Part shown: positions 1-9,485 of the stretch, in pieces | Layout of the letters: each line of letters starts with the position of its first letter | Numbering within the stretch: the stretch's first letter is position 1 | DNA from: Nitrosopumilus sp. | GTDB lineage: Archaea; Thermoproteota; Nitrososphaeria; Nitrososphaerales; Nitrosopumilaceae | DNA length: 64,000 nucleotides | Reading direction: 5' to 3' | NCBI GenBank assembly: GCA_965223425.1 | Contig: OZ245003.1 | Span: 2,208,001 to 2,272,000, forward strand | Program-made: the position numbers and the translations under genes | Notes under the pieces: generated by a model | Seen by the model: the letters and a program-made list of their open reading frames with translations, nothing else | Database searches by the model: none | What the model was told of the DNA's origin: nothing

Positions 1-178
1 TCATATCAGAGTTCGTGCAGTAGGCGGGGTTGGTTCTAGAGTACCGGGCCCAGGTGCACAAGCTGCTATCAGAGCATTAGCAAGAGGCGGATTTAAGATT
101 GGAAGAATTGATGATGTTACACCTATTCCTCATGACACCACTAGAAAGAAAGGTGGAAAAAGAGGAAGAAGAGTCTAG
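1..178 (+). CDS. rps11: 30S ribosomal protein S11, 3' part (runs off window start)
   Basis: Manual translation from nt 2: [58 protein letters not shown], the canonical uS11 C-terminus. Confidence 0.95.
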   Translation, partial: HIRVRAVGGVGSRVPGPGAQAAIRALARGGFKIGRIDDVTPIPHDTTRKKGGKRGRRV

Positions 179-486
179 TCTGCTTTCTTTACTTTTACAT
201 TACAATCCCTAGAATCAAAATAATCTGCCATAAATTTTGTAAATTTTTCTGGTTGATCACACCACCTGTATTTTTCTAACATATCAGAAAATTTTTCTTC
301 TATGCCGGTTCGTAGATCAGATTTGAAGGCTAGTTTGAAAAATGTCCATCCAAATTTTGTTGAAGGCTCACTGAGCGCATATCCATTATGACACCCTACA
401 AGACTCTCCATGTGCGAAAGTGCTTTTTTGACTGATAACAAATCATCGGCATAATTTTTTGTTCCAATTTCCAAGGTTATACTCAT
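175..486 (-). CDS. conserved hypothetical protein
   Basis: 103-aa ORF, co-directional and tightly packed with rtcB and the PDCD5-like gene. Confidence 0.75.
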   Translation of the reverse strand: MSITLEIGTKNYADDLLSVKKALSHMESLVGCHNGYALSEPSTKFGWTFFKLAFKSDLRTGIEEKFSDMLEKYRWCDQPEKFTKFMADYFDSRDCNVKVKKAD

Positions 487-492
487 GATTCA

Positions 493-903
493 TCAACCAT
501 CATCAGAGGATTTACTACCAAGTTTATCACTCAGGGATACAAACTTTCCATCTTGCTCAACATTGATTTTTGTCGCCATTCTGATATTTAGGCCAACGGA
601 TCTAAATAATGTCAATAACTTTCCCCCATCAATAATTTCATTAATTTCACCTGTCTTAATTAATTCAGATAATTTTTCTACAATAATTTTAGTTTCGTTT
701 GGAAATTGAGATTCTGCATTTTCCAAAACTTCCAATCCTCTAAATCCCAGTCTAGCAACAAGTAAATTTCGCGTATTTTCAGGCTGTTTTTCTTTGTCAG
801 GTTCTTGGGCTTGTTTAATATCTTGTTTTGAAGAGATATTTTTTTGCATTTCAGCTAGTCTTTTTGCCTTTAGTCGTTCAAGTTCAGAATTCTCCTCGCT
901 CAA
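493..903 (-). CDS. PDCD5-family double-stranded DNA-binding protein
   Basis: N-terminal ELERLKAKRLAEMQ helix plus GEINEIIDGGKLLTLFR segment typical of archaeal PDCD5/MTH1615-like proteins. Confidence 0.75.
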   Translation of the reverse strand: MSEENSELERLKAKRLAEMQKNISSKQDIKQAQEPDKEKQPENTRNLLVARLGFRGLEVLENAESQFPNETKIIVEKLSELIKTGEINEIIDGGKLLTLFRSVGLNIRMATKINVEQDGKFVSLSDKLGSKSSDDG

Positions 904-2348
904 CCCTTAATCACACCCATAGGCACCAATTTGGCAACTTTTGTAGCAATCCCGAGATTATGAGATACGTCAACTACAGCATCAACGTCTTTGTATGCTT
1001 GAGGAGTTTCTTCCACAACCCCATCTCTTGTTAGTGCCTTGATAAATATGCCCTTGTCATTGAGGGATTTTTTAACATCATCTTCAGTATAGTTTCTCCT
1101 GGCTTTTGATCTGGACATTGTCCTTCCGGCCCCATGTGCAGTTGAGCCAAAACTCAAATCCATAGAACTAGGCTGTCCAAGCAGAATCCAGCTTGCCGTA
1201 CCCATTGAACCTGGAACCAAGACAGGTTGTCCTAAATCTCGATATTTTGAGGGGACTTCGTCACGATTTGCAGGAAATGCTCTTGTTGCACCTTTTCTAT
1301 GAACAACAAGTTTTCGTTCTTGTCCGTCAACTTTGTGCTTTTCTACTTTTGCAATATTGTGAGCAACATCATAGACTAGCTTCATGTCAAGATCAGATTC
1401 TGTTTGATTAAATACACGCTCAAAAGATTTGCGAGTCCAATGAGTAATCATTTGCCTGTTACTCCATGCAAAATTTAGTGCTGAAAACATTGCTTTTCTG
1501 TAAGATTCACCCTCTTCAGAAGTGTTAGGAACACATGCAAGTTCCCTGTCCGGTAAGTTGATATCATATTTTTCCATTGCTTGTTCGGAAATCCTAAGAT
1601 AATCACTACATACTTGATGACCGAATCCTCTAGAACCACAATGAATTAAAATTGTAATAGATCCTTCTTTAATTCCCATTCTATTTGCTGCTTGTTCATC
1701 ATGAACTTCAGCAACTTTTTGTACTTCAAGGAAATGATTTCCAGAACCTAAACTTCCAAGTTGTGGTGCACCTCTTTTTCTTGCTTTATCAGAAACTTTG
1801 TTAGGATCAGCATTTTGAATTTGACCATTCTCTTCGCAAACATCAGAGTCATTTGGTGAACCATAGCCATGTTCAATTGCCCAATTGACACCATTGACCA
1901 AAACTTCGTCAAGTTCTGAGTGAGTGAGTTTGACTGCACCTTTTGAACCAACGCCTGAAGGAATAGAGCCAAAGAGATCAGTAACAAGATCTTTTAGTTT
2001 TGAGCGAACTGTCTTTTCAGTTAAATTTGAGCAAAGTAATCGGACTCCGCAATTGATATCATATCCAACGCCACCGGGACTAATCATTCCTTCTTCTGCA
2101 TCCATAGCTGCAACTCCACCTACGGGAAAGCCATAACCTTCATGACCATCAGGCAAAACAACACTATGACCAACTATGCCAGGAATAGAAGAAACATTTC
2201 GTGCCTGCATAATTGTTCTATCAGACAACATTTTCTGTAGCAGTGGTTCATCAGCATAGATTCGTACAGGAACCCTCATTCCGAGATTAGAATCAGCGTC
2301 AATTTGATATTGATTTTCCCCAATTTTTTTTGGAGTGCTAGCAGACAT
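900..2348 (-). CDS. rtcB: tRNA-splicing ligase RtcB
   Basis: Motifs PDGHEGYGFPVGG, GYDINCGVR, GSLGSGNHF, HCGSRG, HRKGAT, STAHGAGR. Confidence 0.97.
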   Translation of the reverse strand: MSASTPKKIGENQYQIDADSNLGMRVPVRIYADEPLLQKMLSDRTIMQARNVSSIPGIVGHSVVLPDGHEGYGFPVGGVAAMDAEEGMISPGGVGYDINCGVRLLCSNLTEKTVRSKLKDLVTDLFGSIPSGVGSKGAVKLTHSELDEVLVNGVNWAIEHGYGSPNDSDVCEENGQIQNADPNKVSDKARKRGAPQLGSLGSGNHFLEVQKVAEVHDEQAANRMGIKEGSITILIHCGSRGFGHQVCSDYLRISEQAMEKYDINLPDRELACVPNTSEEGESYRKAMFSALNFAWSNRQMITHWTRKSFERVFNQTESDLDMKLVYDVAHNIAKVEKHKVDGQERKLVVHRKGATRAFPANRDEVPSKYRDLGQPVLVPGSMGTASWILLGQPSSMDLSFGSTAHGAGRTMSRSKARRNYTEDDVKKSLNDKGIFIKALTRDGVVEETPQAYKDVDAVVDVSHNLGIATKVAKLVPMGVIKG

Positions 2349-2437
2349 GAGTATCGGTAAAGTTTCCTTTCAATCCAATTTAAATCATCAGAAGAGTTGT
2401 AAAAAAATTTTAAATGAATTGGGATTTATTCAAATGC

Positions 2438-2593
2438 ATGTTAGACGAGGCGGCCATCACACACAAGGCAAATCAATTACTTGCAGAATTGAGAGACAAT
2501 CCTGATTGGGCAATTGATGAAAAAAATTTTAAACAAGGTTATCTCAAAGCTTTAGAGTGGGTGTTATCAGAAACTGGAATTGAACAAAATTAG
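2438..2593 (+). CDS. small hypothetical protein (51 aa)
   Basis: Manual translation MLDEAAITHKANQLLAELRDNPDWAIDEKNFKQGYLKALEWVLSETGIEQN; TTTAAA box upstream. Confidence 0.5.
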   Translation: MLDEAAITHKANQLLAELRDNPDWAIDEKNFKQGYLKALEWVLSETGIEQN

Positions 2594-2634
2594 TTTACAG
2601 AATGAAAACTTTCCACGTCTGGAAAGAACAATGC

Positions 2635-2661
2635 GTTCTGTAACGTTATCGTTACGGAACC
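2635..2661. repeat. palindromic site copy 1 (GTTCTGTAACGTTATCGTTACGGAACC)
   Basis: Imperfect inverted repeat; near-identical copy at 3325-3351. Confidence 0.85.
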
Positions 2662-2704
2662 ATTGAATAGGTACTATTATAAGATTGTGAGAAACACTAC
2701 AAAT

Positions 2705-3137
2705 ATGGAAGTAAGAAATTATATTGATTTTGAGGTAATCAAGGAAAGATGGAATGTATACAATTTGCACGACGGTACTAAAGTGAAAATAAGAAACATG
2801 CTACATTCAGCATGGTACACAGAAGACTCTCAAGGAAATAAAATATTCAACTGACATCAACAGTACGACTGTTTTGATGTGTGACACTAACCTGCAGGGA
2901 GAAAAAAATCAAACCCAATACACGCCAAAACAATTACAAGAAGACATAGAAGTTGAAAATTGCAGATATGACACCTTGCAGTATGAACCAGCAGAGTACC
3001 TGTTAGATGAAGGAACCAAGATCTTAATTCATTCCAATCTTACAGCAATTTCAAGGACAAAACTGTTTGATAGAAAAGGTGACAGGATCTACATAATTAG
3101 CAATGCGATATCTGCAACTGTGACTCCACTACAGTAG
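2705..3137 (+). pseudogene. frameshifted hypothetical gene, paralog of 39181..39621
   Basis: Two consecutive ORF pieces (IDFEVIKERWNVYNLHDG... / ...EYLLDEGTKILIHSNLTAISRTK...GDRIY) align colinearly with the intact 146-aa protein at 39181..39621; frame changes near 2850. Confidence 0.75.
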
Positions 3138-3142
3138 AAAAA

Positions 3143-3280
3143 TCAGTCAAATTCTATGATCGTAGACTCGTTTGGTTTAGGACTAAAGAATACAGTTTGT
3201 ATAGTCCTACTCTTTGGAGCACTAGACATCAATACTGTTTTGGACTGCCCATCTTCAAGAACAACACTGTTTTCATCCAT
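3143..3280 (-). CDS. small hypothetical protein (45 aa)
   Basis: Manual translation MDENSVVLEDGQSKTVLMSSAPKSRTIQTVFFSPKPNESTIIEFD; TTATATAA box at 3301-3308. Confidence 0.4.
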   Translation of the reverse strand: MDENSVVLEDGQSKTVLMSSAPKSRTIQTVFFSPKPNESTIIEFD

Positions 3281-3323
3281 AATCATTCTTGCCAGAGTCG
3301 TTATATAAGATTTATCTCTGCAA

Positions 3324-3351
3324 GGTTCTGTAACGTTAACGTTACGGAACC
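3324..3351. repeat. palindromic site copy 2 (GGTTCTGTAACGTTAACGTTACGGAACC)
   Basis: 28-bp palindrome with a single mismatched pair. Confidence 0.85.
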
Positions 3352-3395
3352 GAACAATGATCTAATTTATCTAGGATAAAATAGATTCGGTATGC

Positions 3396-3593
3396 GTGGT
3401 TAGAAAAAAATTAACGGATGAGGAAAAAGAAGAGCAGAAAAAACAGCAAAAAATGAGAGCAGGTATTTCTCGAGCTGCTCGAAGAAGTGGAAAGCCTACC
3501 AAAAAAGAAGGCAAAGTAAACAAGGCCAAGGCAAAGACAAAAGAAGCCAGATCACAAAAGAAGATAGCCACTGTAAAAAAATCCCGATATTAA
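3396..3593 (+). CDS. small Lys/Arg-rich hypothetical protein
   Basis: 65-aa highly basic ORF, purine-rich coding strand. Confidence 0.5.
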   Translation: MVRKKLTDEEKEEQKKQQKMRAGISRAARRSGKPTKKEGKVNKAKAKTKEARSQKKIATVKKSRY

Positions 3594-3703
3594 ACAGGCA
3601 GATCTTAAAAAAGTAATTTTTTGAGGCCAGATTGCAACAAAATAACTTCAGACACGCAAACAGGACAAGAAGTAGATTTATTTTCTCATGAATACAGGTC
3701 ATA

Positions 3704-5068
3704 ATGTTGGCAATTTTACCCATAGACAGCGGTCGTTATGGCACTAAGGAGATGATGGAGGTTTTCAGTGAGCAAAACAAAGTGAATTATCAGTTAGAGA
3801 TCGAAGGTGCAGCTGCTGTTTCACAAAGTGAGATAGGATTGATCCCAAAGACTGCTGGAAAGAAAATTCTCAAAGTTGCAACATCTGGAAAAATTACTGC
3901 AAAAAGAATCAAACAGCTTGAAGCAAAAAGTGATCATGACACTGCAGCATTAGTTGAATCACTAAGTGAAAAATGTACAAAGGATGCCAGACCGTGGATT
4001 CATTATGGACTAACAAGCAACGACTTGGTAGACACTAGTAATTCTATGCAAATGCGTGACTCGTTGAAAATAATTGAACCAAAAGTTGCAAAGATGGCAT
4101 CAATTCTTGCACAAAAAGCTGTAAAATACGAAAATACTCCAGCTGTGGGCAGAACTCATGGACAACATGCAAGTATCATTTCATTTGGATTAAAATTTGC
4201 AAACTGGGCCGCAGAGATGGCAAAACATGTAGAAAGAATTGAAGAGATTAAGAAAAGAATCCTAATTTGTAAGACACTCGGTGTTGTAGGTACCGGTTCT
4301 TTAATGGGTGCAAAATCACTTGAAGTACAAAAAAGAGTCGCAAGGCGCTTGAATCTTTATCCGGCAGAAGTTACTACTCAAATCGTCCCAAGAGAGAGAT
4401 ACGCAGAATATGTCTTTGAGTTAGCGCTGATTGGCTCAACTTTGGAAAAAATTGCAGTAGAGGTCAGAAACTTGCAGAGAACAGAGATTGGGGAGGTTGC
4501 CGAACAGTTCAAGAAGGGGCAGATGGGCAGCAGTGCAGTTCCTGTAAAAAGAAATCCAATCAAAAGCGAGAGGGTTTCATCATTATCTAAAATGGTAAGA
4601 GGTCAAGTGGGTATTTCCTTTGAAAATATTCCTTTATGGCATGAACGAGATCTTTCAAATTCAGCAAATGAAAGATTTGTGATGCCAACTGCAGCTATCC
4701 TAGTTGATGAAATGTTAGAAACCATGACTGGAATTGTTTCAAACTTGATGGTAAACGAGAAAAAAATTGCAGAAAACCTCTGCATTACAAAGGGGCAAAT
4801 ATTTGCAGAATTTGTTTTAGAGGCACTAATCAAAAAAGGCGTACCAAGATTTGAGGCGTACAGAGATGTTCAAAGAGTTGCATTTGAGGCAAACGGCAAA
4901 GGGATTCAGTACATCGATGCCATTAAAAAAGATAAAGCATTTTCTTCAAAGTTGACAGACAAAGAGATTGATTCGATATTTTCACCAGAAAAACATCTTG
5001 GTGCATCACCTGCAATCATCAGTAATGTAAAAAAGTCTGTCCAAAATACAGTTAAAAAATTCATCTAG
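3704..5068 (+). CDS. purB: adenylosuccinate lyase
   Basis: HYGLTSND, GRTHGQHA, GSSAVPVKRNP signature. Confidence 0.96.
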   Translation: MLAILPIDSGRYGTKEMMEVFSEQNKVNYQLEIEGAAAVSQSEIGLIPKTAGKKILKVATSGKITAKRIKQLEAKSDHDTAALVESLSEKCTKDARPWIHYGLTSNDLVDTSNSMQMRDSLKIIEPKVAKMASILAQKAVKYENTPAVGRTHGQHASIISFGLKFANWAAEMAKHVERIEEIKKRILICKTLGVVGTGSLMGAKSLEVQKRVARRLNLYPAEVTTQIVPRERYAEYVFELALIGSTLEKIAVEVRNLQRTEIGEVAEQFKKGQMGSSAVPVKRNPIKSERVSSLSKMVRGQVGISFENIPLWHERDLSNSANERFVMPTAAILVDEMLETMTGIVSNLMVNEKKIAENLCITKGQIFAEFVLEALIKKGVPRFEAYRDVQRVAFEANGKGIQYIDAIKKDKAFSSKLTDKEIDSIFSPEKHLGASPAIISNVKKSVQNTVKKFI

Positions 5069-5816
5069 TTTTTAGCAGGGCTTTATGGATTTTAGACCCG
5101 TATTGTAAGGCCTTTTTTCTTTTTGTACAGGATATTTCTGGAACGCTGATTTGACTTGCCAATTTTCTTATGATATGTTTACGATGCAAATCCTCAGAGT
5201 CATGAATTTTTTCAGATAAAGGAATTGTTTTTGCATATTCAATGAATTTTGTAGAAAGTAAGGGCTGAAGTATTTCCACTCCAAACTCAGACGCAATTAG
5301 ATTTATGGCCCTCATCATTTTTAGCTCATTATCTAGCTTGGAGGACATTACCTCATGAATTTTAGATTCTCCTTCAGAAAATGCTTCCCTATATGCATTG
5401 TAGCCGCAAAACAATTCATCAATTCCATTTGCAGTAACCACAATATCAAGTTCTAAGCTTTTTGCTAGTTTAGACACATAGTAAAATGCGATACAGTTTT
5501 CATTCCAGGATAGATTCTCAGTGTTTATTGTTTGATAAATTTTTGATGAGACATCAGAAAAAGAATCTGGATCAATTTCTAGAACATGATGAGGATAATT
5601 CAGGTGTTCGTTGACTTGTTTTGCAAACAAAACATCATGAGATTCATTAAAACCAATTGTCAATAATGTAATATCATAATCCATATCTGAGCAAATTTTT
5701 GAGATTAGTGTGCTATCAACACCACCAGAAAAAGCAATTCCAATTTTCTTTTCTGGAACAGTTTCAGAAATGGAGTTTTTAATATTCTCAAGTAATTCTT
5801 TGTTAATCTTGTCCAT
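5061..5816 (-). CDS. asparagine synthase C-terminal-domain (N-type ATP pyrophosphatase) protein
   Basis: PP-loop AFSGGVDS, GIDELFCGY, KKALQYGS. Confidence 0.85.
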   Translation of the reverse strand: MDKINKELLENIKNSISETVPEKKIGIAFSGGVDSTLISKICSDMDYDITLLTIGFNESHDVLFAKQVNEHLNYPHHVLEIDPDSFSDVSSKIYQTINTENLSWNENCIAFYYVSKLAKSLELDIVVTANGIDELFCGYNAYREAFSEGESKIHEVMSSKLDNELKMMRAINLIASEFGVEILQPLLSTKFIEYAKTIPLSEKIHDSEDLHRKHIIRKLASQISVPEISCTKRKKALQYGSKIHKALLKTR

Positions 5817-5898
5817 AGTCGCTCACGTGATAGATTCTATACAAACAGTAATGAATCAAACCCTTTAACTATTAGTTTAACATTCTATCTAAAACAGT

Positions 5899-6177
5899 AT
5901 GATGCGATTATCACAGACTGACATTGACGAGGAGCTAAAGAATCTCCCGGGCTGGAGTGTTGTAAATGAAAAGCTTCGCAAGGAATTTCAGTTTGATGAC
6001 TTTGACCAGGCATTCGGGTTTATGACTAGGGCAGCTATGGAAATTGAGAAAATGAACCATCATCCAGAATGGTTTAATGTATACAACAGAGTCACCGTAG
6101 AATTAACAACTCACGATGCTGGAGGCATTACAAAAAATGACGTCAATCTTGCCAAAATTCTAAATTCTCTGGCATAG
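5899..6177 (+). CDS. pterin-4a-carbinolamine dehydratase
   Basis: [27 protein letters not shown] motif. Confidence 0.95.
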   Translation: MMRLSQTDIDEELKNLPGWSVVNEKLRKEFQFDDFDQAFGFMTRAAMEIEKMNHHPEWFNVYNRVTVELTTHDAGGITKNDVNLAKILNSLA

Positions 6178-6245
6178 CACAAAAGAGAAATTTTAGGCAC
6201 AGACATTATAGAATTTATATTATGATCCAAGTCAGATGATTTCAC

Positions 6246-7061
6246 ATGACTACAAATCCCACAATTCTGGATTCAGATTTTAGATATATCGATAAAAAGG
6301 GAAATTTGCTCAGAACAAGAACAGAGTTAACAGTAGCACAAATGCTTACTTTTCTTGAGGAGGAATATCAATACAACCACAAATTCATTTTAAAGAACGG
6401 AAGTGAAGTGACAGTTGATTTTAAGACAGAGAAGGGATTGATTGAAGTAATTGATGGTGATGATGACATTGAAAAATACAAACAAATCAAAGAAAACTTT
6501 CCTCAAGACAAAGTAATGGCAATTGGACATGGAAAATATGTTGCACAAATTAAAGAGTTGCAAGACATTGTATTTTATGATAAAACGCCACAGACAGGCT
6601 CTATATTTTTAGAAGACGCATCGTTTTCATTTGATTATGCACACATACTTCCTTTAGTCGAAAAATGTTCTATCTTACATGGGCATACATCCTCTGTAAT
6701 GGTAGAGCTGATAGGACAAATGAAAGACAATTTACTCTTGGACTTTAGTGTAGCAAAAAAAATTATCAAAGAAGTCGTAAACATATTTGATCATAAGTTT
6801 TTCATTAACAGAAAATATCTAAAATCCGAAGATGAATCACATTATCTAATTCAGTTTGAAGGTCCGAAAGGGATGTTTGAATTGCAGGTTCCAAAAAATA
6901 CAACTTATCTTTTAGAGGGCGAGGCTACTGTTGAGAATCTTTCAAGTGAAATTATCAAGCTATTAGCGCCAAAAATGCCATCAAACGTAGAGGCAGTAGG
7001 AGTATACATCTACGAAGGATATAACAAAGGCTCTCATATCATCTCAAATATCTCAAGATAG
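6246..7061 (+). CDS. queD: 6-carboxy-tetrahydropterin synthase (QueD/PTPS) with extra N-terminal domain
   Basis: FDYAH, CSILHGH, LLDF, FDHKF, ATVENL motifs in C-terminal half. Confidence 0.8.
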   Translation: MTTNPTILDSDFRYIDKKGNLLRTRTELTVAQMLTFLEEEYQYNHKFILKNGSEVTVDFKTEKGLIEVIDGDDDIEKYKQIKENFPQDKVMAIGHGKYVAQIKELQDIVFYDKTPQTGSIFLEDASFSFDYAHILPLVEKCSILHGHTSSVMVELIGQMKDNLLLDFSVAKKIIKEVVNIFDHKFFINRKYLKSEDESHYLIQFEGPKGMFELQVPKNTTYLLEGEATVENLSSEIIKLLAPKMPSNVEAVGVYIYEGYNKGSHIISNISR

Positions 7062-7068
7062 TTAAGAA

Positions 7069-9396
7069 ATGGAACCAAAAATATCAGAAAAAGCATGGAA
7101 TCCAGAGTTAGAAAAAAAAATACTCAAGCAATGGGAGGAAGATAAAATTTATGACTTTGTTCCACAAGAAAGCAATTTTACCATAGATACGCCGCCACCT
7201 TATCCTTCAGGCAGGCCATGGCACATTGGAGCGGCAGCACATTATTCACAGATTGATATGATTGCAAGAACGGCAAGAATGGCGGGGAAAAATGTCTATT
7301 TTCCAATAGGAATCGACAGAAACGGACTCCCGGTAGAGCTGTACACTGAAAAAAAACACAAAATCAGAATGAGGGAGACAGACAGGGGAGAATTTCTGAA
7401 TCTATGTAAAGAAGCATTAGACGGTTTGGAAGATGAAATGATCCTAATTATGAAAAACCTGGGAATTAGCGGGGATTTTTCAAACTACTACAGAACAGAT
7501 TCAGAAGAATACAGAACGCTAACACAATCAACATTCATCGAGTTATGGAAAAAAGATCAGGTGTATCTAGCAAACAGACCTAACAACTATGATTGGGTGT
7601 CAGGGACAACAATTGCAGATGCAGAGATAACATACGAAGATCGGGCGACAAAGTTAGTCTATATGAAATTCAAAATAAAAGACACAGATCAGGAAATTAT
7701 TATTGCAAGTACGAGACCCGAACTAATTTGTGCATGTAAAACAGTTATTGTGAATCCAGAAGACAGGAGATACACAAAACATATCGGAAAAAAGATAATT
7801 GTTCCAATAATGAATGCGGAAGTAGAACTAAGAACACATCATTCTGCTCAACAAGAATTCGGATCAGGGGCAGTAATGGTATGTAGTTATGGTGATCAAA
7901 ACGACGTAGCATTATTCAGAGAGTTAGGATTAGAAGAAATCGTTGCAATTGGATTAGATGGTAAAATGACAGAAGTTGCAGGGGAATATGCAGGATTAAA
8001 GCCAAAACAGGCAAGAACAAGGATCACCGAAGATCTAGAAACAAACGGATTTGTAGAAAAAATTGAAGACATTGTTCACAGAACCCCGGTTTCAGAGAGA
8101 AGTAAAAATCCAATTGAGATCATTCCAATGGAGGAATATTATATTAAACAAAAAGAATCAATTGGAAAAATGAAAAAGTTGGGACAGGAAATTACATTTC
8201 ATCCTAGCATGCACAAACAAATTCTAATGAATTGGCTGGAATCTATCAACATTGACTGGCCCATATCAAGAAGAAGATACTATGGTACTGAAATCCCAAT
8301 ATGGTACTGCAAAAATTGCTCAGAGCCTTACGTTCCTGAGCCAGGAAAGTACTACAAACCATGGAATGAAAAATGCCCTATTACTAATTGCCCAAAATGT
8401 GGTTCCGGCGAATTTGTTGGCGAGGAGAGAACATTTGACACGTGGATGGATTCTAGTGTATCACCACTTTTTGTTAGTAAGTTTAACAAAGATGATGGCT
8501 TTTTCAAAAAGGTCTATCCTGCTTCAATCAGACCTCAAGCAAAAGATATTGTTAGAACATGGTTGTATTATACACTTTTGAGATGTGAGCAGCTCACGGG
8601 AAAGAAACCATGGTCTGAAGCTTGGATTATGGGATATGGCCTTGATGAGAAAGGGACGAAGATGAGCAAGAGCAAGGGAAATGCGATAGATCCTTTGCCG
8701 GTCATTGAAAAACTAGGTGCGGACACTTTTAGATTTTGGAGCGCAAGCGAAACTAATCACGGATATGACTTTAGGTGCAACGAACAAAAAATCGAATCTA
8801 CAAAAAAATTCCTCAGCAAGTTGTGGAATGTGTCAAGATTCCTGTCTGGTTTTCCTGTAATTGAGTCAGGAACGCCTAGTGGCGCATCAGACAGGTGGAT
8901 ACTAGCAGAGCTGGACTGCCTGGTAAAAGAATGCAACAGGGGATATAACGAATACAACTTTTTCATTCCTGCAATTGCAATTAGAGAGTTTACGTGGAAT
9001 GTATTTGCAGCCCACTATATCGAAATGATCAAAGCAAGGGCTTGTGGAATTAATTTTTCTGATGAGGAAAGAGACGGGGCGATCTATACCCTGCACAAAA
9101 CATTATCAACAATTTTAAAATTATTAGCGCCGATAACCCCGTTTATCACTGAACACCTCTGGAGAATCCTGTATTCAGAACAAAGCATTCACAAGCAAAA
9201 GCGTGTGGAAGCTGAAAATATCGAGGCTCAGGGCAACATCACAAAAGAGATTACGGGGTTTAATTCCAAAGTATGGAACAAGAAAAGATCCCGGAGTTTG
9301 TCACTGAAAGATCCAATTGAAATTGAAATTCCTGAAAGCATGGAACCGTTCAAAAAAGACCTAAAAGCTATGCATAATTTGGCAGACTGGGCCTAA
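7069..9396 (+). CDS. valS: valyl-tRNA synthetase
   Basis: IDTPPPYPSG, HIG, DWPISRRRYYG, FDTWMDSS, KMSKS. Confidence 0.95.
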   Translation: MEPKISEKAWNPELEKKILKQWEEDKIYDFVPQESNFTIDTPPPYPSGRPWHIGAAAHYSQIDMIARTARMAGKNVYFPIGIDRNGLPVELYTEKKHKIRMRETDRGEFLNLCKEALDGLEDEMILIMKNLGISGDFSNYYRTDSEEYRTLTQSTFIELWKKDQVYLANRPNNYDWVSGTTIADAEITYEDRATKLVYMKFKIKDTDQEIIIASTRPELICACKTVIVNPEDRRYTKHIGKKIIVPIMNAEVELRTHHSAQQEFGSGAVMVCSYGDQNDVALFRELGLEEIVAIGLDGKMTEVAGEYAGLKPKQARTRITEDLETNGFVEKIEDIVHRTPVSERSKNPIEIIPMEEYYIKQKESIGKMKKLGQEITFHPSMHKQILMNWLESINIDWPISRRRYYGTEIPIWYCKNCSEPYVPEPGKYYKPWNEKCPITNCPKCGSGEFVGEERTFDTWMDSSVSPLFVSKFNKDDGFFKKVYPASIRPQAKDIVRTWLYYTLLRCEQLTGKKPWSEAWIMGYGLDEKGTKMSKSKGNAIDPLPVIEKLGADTFRFWSASETNHGYDFRCNEQKIESTKKFLSKLWNVSRFLSGFPVIESGTPSGASDRWILAELDCLVKECNRGYNEYNFFIPAIAIREFTWNVFAAHYIEMIKARACGINFSDEERDGAIYTLHKTLSTILKLLAPITPFITEHLWRILYSEQSIHKQKRVEAENIEAQGNITKEITGFNSKVWNKKRSRSLSLKDPIEIEIPESMEPFKKDLKAMHNLADWA

Positions 9397-9485
9397 CATG
9401 CCTGCAAAATGCCATTTGTGATCAGATATCAGGCTCTTCTGCAAAGATAGTCACTGTTTTGTTCCCTCTCTTTCCCCTTTTCCTA

